Translations under genes and position numbers: made by a program
Part shown: one piece after another, positions 40,181 through 54,600 of the stretch
Position numbering within the stretch: position 1 is the stretch's first letter
Layout: each line of letters opens with the position of its first letter
Notes under the pieces: generated by a model
Databases searched by the model: none
What the model was told of the DNA's origin: nothing
What the model saw: only the letters and a program-made list of their open reading frames with translations
From: the human T2T-CHM13v2.0 reference genome, Homo sapiens
DNA length: 64,000 bases
Reading direction: 5' to 3' (one strand)
NCBI RefSeq assembly: GCF_009914755.1
Contig: NC_060937.1

Positions 40181-42029
40181 AGAAAGAGCTCTCTGTGATA
40201 GGTGTAGGTGACACTGCTGGAAAGCAAAACAACTGGTCAGTTCTGAGGGGCGGAAATTCAATAAAATGGATTTTTTGGCATTGTGAACTCACTTCTCTAA
40301 GAAAGATGATCACATTTAATTCTCACTTTCCAATTGTTTGCCCTAAATTGCTTTGATAAGAACTTACAGGAAAATACTACAGAGATTGCTGTAGTAATTT
40401 ATATACACCAAAATATCTAATGCTTATATTTTCTTCTGTTTCTTATAAAATACGTCCCTGAAGAAATAATGGATATTTGAAAAAGTAATTGCTGGATTTT
40501 CTGGAAAAGCCCCCAAAGATAAGGAACTTTAATTTTAAAAATAGCCATTAGGTTAATATCAGTGAACTCTGGTATAGAGCATGTTCCAAGTGAGGTCATA
40601 CTCTTGAGTTAATTCTAAAATAAGCTGTTTATTTTTGTTTGTTCCATGACTATAGGTTGTAGCTTCATCTCAGGCCAATCAGATCAAAACTGCAGATGTT
40701 GATTCAATAGAGACTACTCTCTAGTGTAAATAGATAAACTCAAACTCATGGCTATTACTGGAAAATAACTCAAAGTATTATTTTTTGGCTGACAGACTCA
40801 GCCAAAAGATAACCTATTAATGTGGGGGAAAAAATCAACGAATATGTATTGTTTTGTGGTTAATCAATAACTCTACCTTCGTGTAAGGGAAACAAACAAT
40901 ACGTTTGCCATTCTGAATCACAATAAACAAAGAAAAATTCTACAATTGACTCAAACTTAACCTGAGTACCGGTTACAAAGTATCTGCACCTCTCTGTAAA
41001 TCAGCAATGAAAATCAAATTCACAGTTAAATTACAGCCAGCCTCAGTTACTCTTTTAAAATTTTTGATAAACAGTATTTGAAATACTGTTTGTTTGAACC
41101 ATGACTCAGATTATAGGGTTTCAACTGGAAAAAAAAACAGTTACAGTAAAAAGGTAGCACATCCATCCTCTACAAAATAATGTTCCAAATGACCAACATA
41201 AGCTTTGGTTACAACAATGATAATCGACATTCTGTTCCATACCATAAACACTCTTACCCAAATATCTGGCACTGGAAAAGAGTCTTAAAGCTAACAAGGG
41301 AAGTTGAAGTGAGATATTGTGTTTTTCATGCTGAAACAATACATAATGTTTCGGATGCTGCAAAGGGATAATGATAAAAACAGAAAAGAAGCTCTTAGTG
41401 TTGTTTGGAAAACATCTTGCAGATGACTGCATCTGTTGTCGTTAATTAATTTTGCAAAAAAAGAAAAGGTAGCCATATTATCTTGCCTTTGAGGTCTTGC
41501 AGTTGCCCATTCTTCACACTCCTTTTACGAAAATGAGATTAAATAACAAGAACACAGCCTCATATTAGGGATTCCTTTTGAAAAGCAATCTTAGCATCCG
41601 TACAGTTTAACCCAATTCCCTAACTTACTACATTTACATCTTTAATGTTTACCATAATTGATGTTTAAAATATTCAACTCAAGGCGCTATAAGAATCTGA
41701 AAAGTCAATTTGTGTTTAATATGCCTTGTTTATTAAAGCATAAAATTAGAAAACGTATTTTCGAAAGATTATTCAAAAATTATGATTGAAGCAAAGAAAT
41801 AGAAGTTGGGATGATTGATGGATAGTCAGATGGCTTATGTTCAGCCATGCCAGAAAACTGAGCTGTAACCAAATATTTATAGTTCTGTTACAGAGCTCTG
41901 TTTAGTCAAGCTGCCCAAATGCGCTCTCTGTCAGCAGGTCTCAACCTTTGTGTTGTGTGTGTGTGGTGGGGGTAGCGGGGAGAGCAGGGGCTAATGGAGA
42001 GAACATGTCAAAATGCCAAACGGCAGAGT

Positions 42030-42170
42030 TCTCCTCATACAGATTCTGACTCTGCAAGTCAGAGGGGGATCCAGGATTGACCTTTGAAATAGGTAACCTA
42101 GGTGATTCTGATGCAAGTGGTCCATGAACAATACAGAAATATTGTACAGAACAATTGAGAAATATTGTAG
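42030..42170. mobile_element. MER5A-like fragment
   Basis: agattctgactctg...ctaggtgattctgatgcaagtggtccatgaac...ttgagaaatattg. Confidence 0.6.
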
Positions 42171-42519
42171 CCCCCTCCTTAACTCTTGAGAAACCTCGCT
42201 TTACACTCTTACTAGTCTCTTCCCAACCACTCTCAGGAATGCACACACCTCATAAAAGGATCCTCCTTGCTTCTCACTGTTTCCTGGGAGTCTCTTTCCA
42301 GTCTCTGCTCCCAAATGTTCTCCTTGCCTCTCTTCCTGAATCATTTTATTCCACTGGACTACTTGATGCTTTGGACTGTTCTTTGCTTCTTGATACTGAG
42401 CTTACCTGACACAGAGACTATAGTTCCCCTGCAAATGCAATTTTCTGCAGAGTACAGACAGTTCTGTTCTTCTTTCAGCATATATGCTATCAAAAGTGTG
42501 TGACATTATTATTTTCAAA

Positions 42520-42740
42520 ATGGCATAGTGGTGTGATATAAAGAACCTGGGATCTGCAGTCAGACCTAAATTTGCATCTTGATGTTGCATAGTTCTAACT
42601 TTGGATAGTGAGAAAGTCATCTGAGGCTGTGACCCTCAGACTCTTCATCTATAAAGTTAATAAGATAATACCTCCCTCTTAGGGCTTTAGTTGGAATTCA
42701 ATGAGATACTGTCAGTGGAAAGTCCTTTGGAAACTAATTT
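42520..42740 (+). mobile_element. MIR
   Basis: gcatagtggtg...cagtcagacct...ctcttcatctataaagttaataagataata...gaaagtcctttggaaact. Confidence 0.7.
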
Positions 42741-42959
42741 CCTACAGGAGTATTAGACTATTAGGTAAAGTTTTGAACATTTTTGCCCAGCAAGAAGAAA
42801 ACCCTGCTAATAGTCATCTTTACATCCCGCCTTCTATAAAATAAAATATAGAACTTCTAGCTTCTTTCTCATGAGGGGTTAAAAAATATAATCCCTTTAT
42901 AGTAATTTTGTTATTTAGACACCAATAATGCTAACACTTCAGTGATCTAAAAACCAACT

Positions 42960-43437
42960 GTTCTGGATATTTTCCACTTTTCATCCCCTTCCCCACTTCA
43001 TCTGCCCTACTTTCAAGCTCAGGAAGTACCTACTAAAAACTACACCTTATGGACTCTCTCACTGGCTGCCTTCTGGGTAGCGTTGGCCAACAGAGGCACC
43101 AGTGAGAGATGGATGACAGGAGGAGCAGTGACAGGGTATTTCATCTCCACTCATTCGGTTTTCACATCAAATCTCTGGCAGTAACTATGTCCACCCCACT
43201 AAGACAGCCTCATGTCCTGCACAGTCCCAGGGCTCACTGGGTTCCAGTACACTATTTCCTCTGCTCAGCCCTGGGTCCTAGGTGTAGTAACAGCTTTCTG
43301 CTTTCAGTCCCTGGGGTAGAGCACCCCACCATCCTCTGTTTGATTCCAGCCCATGTCCCTGTAACTCCTTTTATTAAAGTCTTATCTGAACCATCTGGAA
43401 TGAATTCTGTTTCCTGCTGGGGCCCTGATTGATACAC
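42960..43437 (+). mobile_element. LTR33-family (ERVL) solo LTR
   Basis: ggctgccttctgggtagcgttggccaacagaggcaccag...tccttttattaaagtc...tctgtttcctgctggggccctgattgataca. Confidence 0.75.
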
Positions 43438-45615
43438 CAATACAGGAGGCCAATAACACGCCTGGGAGTTTTGAAGCAGGACGTGAATTTACGTTCACTT
43501 TTATGATCAGGGTTTTGTGTTATTGTAGATTATATTTCATTCTCTTATACTTTATCAAAAGCAGGCATTAATGCTAATATTGAATCTTTTGTCTGCGGCA
43601 ACATGGTTAAAAAGATCATTGCCCTAAAGCTAAATAGGAAGAAACAAATTCTCTCTCCTGAAAAACCTCTCTGAAGATTTTTTTGTTACCATGGGGTACT
43701 TTGGCTTTGGGGTGTTTTTCTTTTTTCTATGCCTTATTTAAATGATACATAGAGGTTTTCCAGATGAGGAGTGGTATTGTTTCCTGTTGTTGAGTTGGGA
43801 TGTAAAATATTTTTTAAATGTATGTTTATAAGTTTTTAATGTGAATTAAACTCCCTCAATATTTTTATGGAGAAAAAAATTAATGAAGAACTTATTAACA
43901 TTGGAAAATAGGCTATCTCAATTACACTGTAACTTTTCCCCAATGGTTTTCTTAATATTTATATATTAACATCATAACAACTCAATACAATTTATACAAT
44001 ATGCAGCCATTTACTGTGAAAAACGATCCATTAAAATATCTCCATCCTACAGCCAGACTCAACAAGACATAATGGCTCAGAGGGAGCCAAATGCAGGATT
44101 ACATGATAGGCCAGAACCTGGGCCATGGTCTACCAGGCCAGGTAAGTAATACACATGGCGTAAAAGAGCCAAGTAAATAGTTAGAGAAACATGAAAGTCT
44201 CTGTAGAGTAAATGTGCACTCAGGCAATTATTAAAATATGGATTATGGAAGATTCTCTTTTCTCCTTTTCTCTAGGCTTACCCTTTTAATAAGAACAAAA
44301 GTAAATCAAACGTGTGTGCACAAAGACACAGAATACATTCTAATAACTTCAGGGACTCTGTTTTAATCGACTAAAGGGATATATTTCAAGTAGAGAAATG
44401 ATATCTTGAGACCCCTTCATTCTATCTGGGTGTTACAACTGATATGGGCCTGTGTCAGGCAAGTTAGGAACAATGCGTGCTATTCTGATGCCTAGATATT
44501 ATAGATGCAGCAATAACTAGCTTGCAGAGCCTCAAAGAGCAGAAACGATTTCCACCTTAATAACCCCTGTGGCATTTTTCAATTTTCCAGGCTGCCAGTC
44601 AAATGAATGCATGTCTGGGAAGCAGAGGAGACAAGAAAGGTAAAAGATTAACCTCTGAGATCCATGATATAAACTCCATTGGCTAAAATTGGTCATGTGT
44701 TAGAAAACAAACATGGGTAGTGATAGCCCTGTCTAAACACAGAGCACAAATGTTAGAACAAAGATTCTAGGAGAGAAACTGGGATCTTAGGGTCACCTGG
44801 CTGAAATAATCTCGGAATGTTAATCATTCTTATTTTCTTCGCTCTCTAAGTTGAAAGTAACCCAGCAGTCTCCACCTGATGATTTTCACACTAATTAGCC
44901 CAAGAGATGGTTCTTAAAAACCAGCATTGTCTTTCCAAATGGGAAGGGCTTGCAGAAAACACAGACCTGCTACTGCCTAAACTGCTGCATCTCAACTGAA
45001 CTAAACAAGCAGAACTTTTGGTACTGCCCTTTCCTCATCCTTACTCTGCAGCCTTTCCCCAGGCTTCCTTTATCCATCGGGAAATTAGAACACTTTCCCC
45101 CAGGAGGTGGAGAACCTCTAATTACAGATGCCTCTAAAAAAGCTAAGATTATTGCTATTGCCAAAAGGGCAAAATGCAAATGATATGCAGAATGAACTTG
45201 CTCTAAAGAAGAAGGCATGATGCAGATGGCTTGCCGCACTTTAACTTGCTTCTTCCATTTCCAGGTATTGAACACTTTCAAATTTTCTTTCAAAATGTCT
45301 TTTGAGCCTCTGTTTTCCACCCAGTGCTCCTTCCTGAACCTTTGTGCAAATAATGGGCACTCCAAAAATAAGACAAAGGATCACTCATTTCTGGAAAAAG
45401 CGTCCTTGGAAGCAGAGGGTAAAACTGAGGTAGTCTGTTGATTTCTATTTGAAATCACCAATCCTGGTTCTAGAGCCTGGGACAGAGCCACCATAATACT
45501 GCCAAGGGGCTGCTGTCTTCAGGGGCTGCTTAATCTGATCTAACCCTTTTTTAATTAATTCAAGTATTTATCTATTCATTTATTTATCCAAAGAACATGT
45601 ATTATGTAGATATTA

Positions 45616-46023
<408 letters not shown>

Positions 46024-46319
46024 TTAACTCAACTCATTTCTAGTCTGGAAACTGCGAGAGTGTCTGACCTGGCCTCCTTTACCCACCCACGTACCCCTCC
46101 AATCCACTCTGTACACTGCCCCCAGGGTAGTGATATTTTCAAATGTCATTCACGGCTCCCGCTGTGTCATTCACTATGTAAAACCATCACACCTTACTCC
46201 AAGATAAACGTCAACATTCTTAACATAGCGCTCAAAGCTCTGGAAGTCTTGGATTGGTCTTAATCTTCAACCTTACCTTGTACCATTCTTTTATGCAGTG
46301 AATTTCTTTCATTCTGACC

Positions 46320-46556
46320 TTATTTTTTACACATAAATTTGCATTTAGAAGAATTTTAGATTTACAGAAAAATTGCATAGATAGTTCCCGTATACCCCTC
46401 ACCTGGGTTCAGTTTCTCTTATTATTTTCCATTACTGTGAAATGTTTGTGAAAACTTAGAAACCAACATTAGAACATTAATTAGTAACTAAACTCTGTAC
46501 ATTATTCAGATTTCATCAATGTTTCCATTAGTCTTTTTTCTGTTTCTGGATCTAAA
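46320..46556 (-). mobile_element. L1MC/L1MD-type 3' end
   Basis: aattttagatttacagaaaaattgca...ttcccgtatacccctcacc...aactaaact...ttattcagatttcatca. Confidence 0.75.
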
Positions 46557-46828
46557 CACCCTGGCCTTCTTTTAAATCTTTATCCCACCACAGAGTCATT
46601 GCGCATGCCACTGCAATGCTTAAAACACTGTCTTTTACCCTCACTCCTTCCTCCTAGCCCTCTTTTCTGTGTGGTTTCTACTCATTGTTCAGATCTCAGT
46701 CCAAAGGTCACTTCCTCAGAGGAGCCTCTCTGAAGTCCAGGTCTAGGACTGCTTCCTTTATTACATGCCTTCATGCAACCATGTACTCTTCCTTCATAAC
46801 ACTTTTCTCAATCTGTAATTATACCCTC

Positions 46829-47193
46829 AGATATGGTTTGGCGGTGTCTCCACAAAATTCTCATCTCAAATTGTAATCCAAATTGTAATTCCTACATGTC
46901 GAGGGAGGGACCTGGTGGGAGGGGATTGGATCATGGGGGTGGTTTCCCCCATGCTATTCTCATGATAGTGAGTGAGCTCTCATAAGATCTGGTTTGATAC
47001 ATGTCTGGCACTTCCCCCTTCTCCTGCCACCATGTAAGATGTCCCTTGTTTCCTCTTTGCCTTCTTCCATTATTGTAAGTTTCCTGAGGCCTCCCCAGCC
47101 ATGTGGAACTGTGAGTCAATTAAAACTTTTTTCTTTATAGATTACCCAGTCTCAGGTATTATCTTTACAGCAGTATGAGAATGGACTAATACA
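46829..47193 (+). mobile_element. MSTA/THE1D-like MaLR solo LTR
   Basis: gatatggtttggc...gagggagggacctggtgggagg...gtaagtttcctgaggcctccccagccatgtggaactgtgagtcaattaaa...aatggactaataca. Confidence 0.9.
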
Positions 47194-48463
47194 CTCTTTT
47201 GATGTGATAATTTAATCATTGTCTCTGTTTACAAGTAGACTCCAAGGGCCATGAAAGCAGAAATCTTATCTGTGTTTGCCAAGCATTCTATTCTCCCAAG
47301 ACCTAGCATAATCTGTGGCATAGAGTAGCCTATCAAGAAAGGTGTTGAATAAATGAATGAACAAATATATGAATGAATGAAAGATAAGAGAAGAATTAAG
47401 TGATAATAGGAGGAAGCATATTATAGAACATCAAAATAAGTGATGCAGACAATAAGTATCGCAGGACTTCAAACACAGAAAAGATCAAAGTGAGATGCAA
47501 AATTATGTTAAAACTTCATGGAAATGGGAGTGGGAATTTGCCTGGACATTTTATTCATGCAATTAACAATTACTGAGTACCTACTAAGGGTCAAGCTCTC
47601 AAAGTGTTTTGTTGTAAACAAAATTATACAATCAGTTTGACGTGTAAAAACAACAAAGGAGAAACAGGGAGGATAAAGCAGAAGGAACCCAGGAATTGAA
47701 AAAGTCGTTAAGATAACAATCCACCTAAGAAATACTGAGGCCTTGCACTAAGGCAGACGTGCTGAAGATATGTAAACACTGGGAAGGCTGGCTGAACAAG
47801 GACATGGAGATGCCAAATAATAGAATAAGAAATTCCCAGAAGGGGATACAGCAACAAGAAAAAGTTAAGAGTTAAACATTAGCATGGACTTTTGGAAAGC
47901 AGTGAGAATAGTTCCAGGTTAAAGTAAAGGGCTCCTGATGGAAGCAATGGAATAGAGACTTGAATAGATGAATTGTGCTTTTGAAAAGTCAAGGTGATTG
48001 GATTTTATTCTATTAGTGATGAGTCATTAAACAATAATGACATGATGAAAGTGAGATATAGCATAAGAGAATCTAGACAAAGGGAAAGTACATTGAGAAG
48101 CTCCTGCAGAAATCTAAGCACTTGCTTTAGAGTGTTAGCATTAGAAATATAGAGGAGGTGACATAGCTATGACACTTTTTAAAAGAACATTGACTTAAAA
48201 TACCCAAGTTAGCATCCACTACAGTATCCTGTACATTATATTTTGTCCTTTACGCTTGCAGCTGACCTGCTTTTCTTTATGAAGAAAACAACTTGGAAGA
48301 CTAGTAGATTTTTGAATATCCATAAATATTTGCTGAGAACCCTTTACACAATGAGCAAATGGAGCATACAAAAAGAAAGTACACATGATCCTCCTTTGAA
48401 TTATCTTTTTCACTCTTATCAGCTTCATCTTATCAGGAGAAATTAATATATGCCATATACTTC

Positions 48464-49017
48464 TGTGGTCATCCTCCTCCAGGATGGCCTCCAGTGATCT
48501 CCACTTCCCGGCATTCGCACAGTGTGGCATTCCCTCCCACGTTGCACTGGGGTTGATCGGTGAGATGCATAACATACAGCAGAAGTGAGAGTTTATCATT
48601 TCCCAGAGTAGGCTGTAACACACTGCAGCTTCCATCTCGGCTTTCTCTCTTTTTCTCAGATAAGCCACTCTAGGGAAAGCAGCTGCTGCGTCATGAGCAC
48701 GTTCAGCAGCCTGTAGAGAGGCACATGTGGCAGGAAGGGAGGCCTCTGGACATCAGCCAGCGAGGAACTGGGGCCTGCCAACAACCACATGAGCGAGTTT
48801 GGAAATGGATTCTCCAGCCCCAGTCAAGCCTTGATGGGACTGCAGCTGTTGCCAACAGCTTGACTGCTACCTTGTGAGAGACAGTGAGCCAGAGCCACCC
48901 AGCTAAGCTGCTCCCTGTTTTCTGCCCCTCAGAAACCGTGAGAGATAATAAATGTTTGTTGTTTCAAGCTGCTAAATTTGGGGGTAATTTGTTACACAGC
49001 AATAGATAACTAAAACA
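48464..49017 (+). mobile_element. MLT1F-type MaLR solo LTR
   Basis: tgtgg...gatggcctccagtgatc...gccaacaaccacatgagcgagtttggaaatggat...gctaaatttgggggtaatttgttacacagcaatagataactaaaaca; near-matching 5-bp TSD acttc/acttt. Confidence 0.88.
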
Positions 49018-49205
49018 ACTTTGTACTACTAAGGATTAAAAATTATCTAGGAAATTATGTTTCTATCTTTGTCCAAGCTGCTAAGAAGCACAAACTAAAT
49101 ATGATTCTTAATTTCAGTTGCCTCTCTCAGTCTGAAGTTGTTGGTTTTTCCTCTTCCCCACTCCCTTTATTTTTTTATTCTCATACTTCATTTTCTATCC
49201 ACTGA

Positions 49206-49551
<346 letters not shown>

Positions 49552-49749
49552 TAAAGACCTTTTTTAAAATTAGATGAGAGATAAAACAACAAAATAAAAA
49601 CAGTAAACATTAAATAGGATTCCAGCCATCGTCAGAGAGATCACAATCTCTGAGGGAAAAAAGAGCAAGCAATACGGCAGAGCCTATTACTAGTGTTCAA
49701 CTAACTAGCAATTGCTCTTAGAATTCAAAGAAATGGTACAACAGAAAAC

Positions 49750-50230
49750 TTGTGTTTTAGGTCAATTTCCTGTGAAACAGACCCTGAGGTAGGATGTGCA
49801 TTATGAAAGTGCTTTAAAATAAACTGCTAAAGGAATGGGGAAAGCCAGACCAGAACGGGGAAGAAGTCAAGCCAGGGTAATATCTCAACATCTCACAGAA
49901 GATTGCTTCAGCCTGATCCTCCACAGGATGTTTGCAATATAAGTTAACACCTCAGAGATTGTCCTGGGGCAAAGGAAATGGGCTTCCAAGCTTCTGCACC
50001 AGTCACCCATTGGCCACGGTCCTCTCTGGGAAGCGAGCTCTTAGGCACTACAGCTCTCTGCAGGAGTCTCTGGACGTGTAGACAAAGAGGCTGCGGTAGC
50101 CTGGGCAGTCCTTCAAAGAAAGTTCCAGGTGCCTGTGGTCACAGGGAAGTGCATACTGAGCCCAAGAAAACACAGAGAAGTGCTAAAGGGAGCTGAGGGC
50201 ATCTAAGCAAAGCATCAAGGTCTGCTCTGT
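49750..50230 (-). mobile_element. LTR16-family (ERVL) LTR
   Basis: tgtgttttaggtcaatttcctgtgaaacagaccctgag...gaagaagtcaagccaggg...cagcctgatcct...caccagtcacccattggcca. Confidence 0.65.
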
Positions 50231-51331
50231 TGGAGAAAGTTCCACTGAAGGAGCTGGCTCTTCACCTGTACTGAGCCTTAAAGGATAGGCAGAATTGGTA
50301 TAGACATGGAGGAGAAAGTATTTTATAGAATCTACAATTCTAAGACTAATTCTAAAAGTAGCAGAATCCTCCAGGTGCTCTAGAATGATAGTAAGTTATA
50401 ACCTAGGCTCTTAGTTCTATTTCCAGTCCCAAGGAGGAATCCTGAGTTCATCTCTTATTTAAGTTATTAAACACAATCATTTGTCTTTAGATAAGAGGTG
50501 ATAGGAGGTTAAAAAAAACCATATGCTTCTTCCAAATTTTAGCAATGCTATTATTCATCCATTCTGGTTCTAAAATACAGATACTGCATAAAACCCTGGC
50601 CTCAATCCTAAATAAAAAGGAAGCCTGGTGGGAAGAGGATGAGACCTACCTAAGTGTTTTGTACTCCCTATTCTATTATCATCCTCCCTAAGTTGCAGAA
50701 TTTGGAAACCATTTCAAATAAAAGCTATTTAGTACTGTGTCTCTTTTTCTCTTTTTTTAGTAGAATTTATCACCAACAAGCAAAGTGCAGTAATAGCTTT
50801 TTCTCCTATGCACGCTTTAGGATGTAGTCTAACTTTATCTGGAGTTGGGCATAAAGGCATAAATCATTAAGCCCCTGCTGGCCTGATCAAGAGCCTATCT
50901 TTCAGAAAAATCAAGTGTCTAGGGGCTGCCACTCAGAGAAACTCTATTTTCTGGCTCTCCATCAGGGTTACAGACACCTCTCCCCAAGGATTCATCAACC
51001 GCCAAACAAAGAGGAAGGCAGGTCAATGACACCAAAATCTGCAGCTTCAGCAGCTTCTGAAGTTCCTGACCAAAAAAAAAAAAAAGAGAGAGAGAGAGAG
51101 AGAAAGAGAGACAGTGTGAAAAAAAAAAAATCTCAAAGGAACTTTAACAAACCATCTCAGAATTCATAGTTTACATTCTGGAAAGGAGGCTTTCAGAGTC
51201 CTACAACATACAAGCTTCTCGTGATAAAATAATGGGCTACCAAGCAGGCACTGGTCTTTATTGTTTTATTAGCTAGTGCCTAGTTATGTGTGCTTAAAAA
51301 AAATCATTTTAACAAAAGGGTTTCTTCATGA

Positions 51332-51723
<392 letters not shown>

Positions 51724-51799
51724 TAATCATGTTTCAGTTTGTCCTTGGGTGCTCTTATACTTTGGCACCACCAATTTATACTACAAAATTATGGAATTC

Positions 51800-51965
51800 C
51801 AATTCAGATCAGTAACCATTGCTTTTAGGATTGTTGTTTATTTTATAGGGAAGGAAGCTGATATTCAGAGAGGTTGAATAAACCTCTACCGGGCCATGCA
51901 AAGCCTATTGTAGAAGAAACCCAGTCACCTGTCTTCCTATCCAAAGCTTTTCTAGTTATACCACA
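51800..51965 (-). mobile_element. MIR
   Basis: ttttatagggaaggaagctgatattcagagaggttgaataa. Confidence 0.55.
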
Positions 51966-51999
51966 GTTCAACTAAAAAGGTTAGAGACAAGTTTAAACT

Positions 52000-52400
52000 C
52001 TAAAGATTCTTTGGAGGGCAAAACAACACAATGAAACTCAGATAGATAGAAAGCAGAACTCTTTATTACTCACAGCTCCTAAAGAGAGAAGGCTGCCAGG
52101 CAGGGCCACACAGGAAGTTAGACAGAGGAAGCACAACAGCAAGCTGGAGCTGTGAGAGGCAGCTTAAGAGGGCTTCCTGTGAATGGACTAATTTGAACAA
52201 TTCCTGGGACTCAGGCTCCAGGGCAGAGGACCTGCCCTAGTTGTTTGGTATTTGGCCCTGGGGTAATTAGGGCAGGTGCATAGTAGCCTATGCACATGAG
52301 AGCTCCAGGAAAGAAATGACTAGGTTATGGATGCAGCCTTGTCAGACAAGAACTAACTAGCCTTTAGCCATGGCCTTAAAACTGGGTATAAAACATCTTC
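52000..52400 (-). mobile_element. ERVL LTR of the MER54/MER73/MER74/LTR53 group
   Basis: ctttattactcacagctcc...gcagggccacac...ggactaatttgaacaatt...ccctagttgtttggtatttggccctggggtaattagggcaggtgcatagt. Confidence 0.7.
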
Positions 52401-52504
52401 CAAAATTTTTTTACAAATAGTTATTAATAAATAGTGTTAGCCCTATGCCTATAAATACTCAGAGAAAAGCTGTGAAAAGACAAAACAAAATAAAAACAAT
52501 AAAG

Positions 52505-52670
52505 CAATATGGTTAATCAAAGACCGGGAGTTGAGTCCTTCTGCCACTCATTTGCTCTGTGATTTCAGCCAAGTTAGCCACCTTCCCTGTACTTCAGGTT
52601 CTTTAGCTGTGAATCAGGAATTCACATAATTTACAGGACTATTGTGGAAATTTAATGTAATAGTGCATAT
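52505..52670 (+). mobile_element. MIR
   Basis: gaccgggagttgagtccttctgccactcatttgctctgtgatttcagccaagtta. Confidence 0.65.
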
Positions 52671-53374
52671 TAACAAACACACATATTTCATATGTTTATA
52701 TAAAATATAAAGTTGTAAACAAAGGAATTTTCACCCCAATGATAGATTTCATACAAATATAATGATATCAAGGTATTTTTAAAGGACTGCATTCTTATCA
52801 CTACAGATATACACAGCCTTCTAGCTCTCAGGGAGTATCTTTTTACTACCAAATAGAGCTATAAATTGTGGATTCTTGATATAATAGATCAAGATAGCTC
52901 CTTCCCATGTGTTATGTTCTACTGCCTTAAAATAATAAACTGCCAAGACAATATCATGCATCATATTAGAGGCAGATTATTCAGTGAAACTCCCAAGGAG
53001 AGGAACTTGCAGCTCACAGACACTAGGTTTCATCCTTTGTTATCTCATCCTCCTTCACAATATCCTAAGTTTTACAGAGTAAGAAAAACCTTAACTTATA
53101 ATAATCAGAAAAAATATGATTCATAAAAATACTTCCAAATTCTTAGAAACACAAAACTTTAAAATTATCAGTGGTAAAAGTAATATAAAAATAAATCATT
53201 CTGGACTTAGAAGAACTATCTTTTGGGCAAAGATTTATAAGGGAGATCAAGACATGGGAGTCTGAATATAAAACATTCAGAATTCTCTTCCAGACACTCA
53301 TAAGTTCTCATTTCTCAGTTCGTGTTTCTCAGGAAGCACAGTTCTTTTGATGTCAATAAAAGAGACTCAAATTG

Positions 53375-53692
<318 letters not shown>

Positions 53693-53875
53693 CTATCAGT
53701 TACAGCCCTTACTAGATTCTCATATGTGTCCAAAAAGAGCTGTTTGGAAAGAACTCAAAAGTTTCCAAGAGACAGAACTCTTCTCTTGTAACCTTTCTCT
53801 ATGGAAACAAGACACAGGTGAATTATTCAACTACATATTTTTCAAAGCATTATAGAGTGTGTGTGTATGTGTATT

Positions 53876-54192
53876 TCTTTTTCTTTCTTTCTTTCTTTCT
53901 TTTTTTTTTTTTTGAGGCAGAATCTTGCTCTGTCTCTCAGGCTGGAGTGTGGTGCCACGTGAGCTCACTGCAACCTCTGTCTCCCAGGTTCAAGTGATTC
54001 TCCTACCTCAGCCTCCCCAGTAGCTGGGATTACAGACACCCATCCCCACGCCTGGCTAATTTTTATATTTTTAGTGGAGACAGGGTTTCGCCAAGTTGGC
54101 CAGGCTGGTCTCGAACTCCTGACCTCTAGTGATCCACCCACCTCGGCCTCCCAAAGTGCTGGGATTACTGGGGTGAGCCACTGTGCCCAGTC
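53876..54192 (-). mobile_element. AluS (Sx/Sz-like)
   Basis: (TTTC)n/poly-T tail followed by a full antisense Alu. Confidence 0.95.
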
Positions 54193-54289
54193 TCCTAGAT
54201 TGTATATTTTTAAATGCTTTGTACTTTTGAAATGCTATAGCCTGCAGAGTCCACTTTCAGAAGAGTATCATATATAATGAAGCCCAGCC

Positions 54290-54600
54290 CAAACAGAAAT
54301 TTCTTATCGTTACTCACAAATCTCAGATATTTAGAGGGTCCAATTGCAAGTGTATACAAACTCTCACAGTGTGTTTTCTTGGACACTCTGTTACCTTAAC
54401 ATTCCTAGGAGCCTCTTACTATCCTACTCCAAGTGCATCTGATTTCTTAGCACTATTCTGTGTACTAAGACCTCCCCTCGTATCTCAGTGGCCAAAACTA
54501 GGTTACATGTCCACCATAAATCAGTCACGAGTGAAGGGACTTAGACCACCACACTGGGCTTAGACAAGTTAGGATTTACTGCTGAATCATATGGAGAGTG
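54290..54600 (-). mobile_element. Old MLT1 (K/L-like) LTR fragment
   Basis: tctcagtggccaaaactaggttacatgtccacc...gggcttagacaagttaggattta. Confidence 0.5.

Larger units (their letters stand above)
46040..47380 (+). mobile_element. L2 3' region interrupted by an L1M fragment and an MST/THE1 LTR
   Basis: cctccaatccactctgtacactgcc...; ttcagatctcagtccaaaggtcacttcctcagaggagcctctctga; ends tgttgaataaatgaatgaa. Confidence 0.75.

Noticed and set aside
42400-42450. Strong minus-strand donor CAG|GTAAGC near 42406
   Set aside because: Nearby acceptors have poor pyrimidine tracts and give only 23-39 nt exons; not supported enough to call.
48219-48668. 149-aa minus-strand ORF
   Set aside because: About half lies in the MLT1F LTR; chance ORF.
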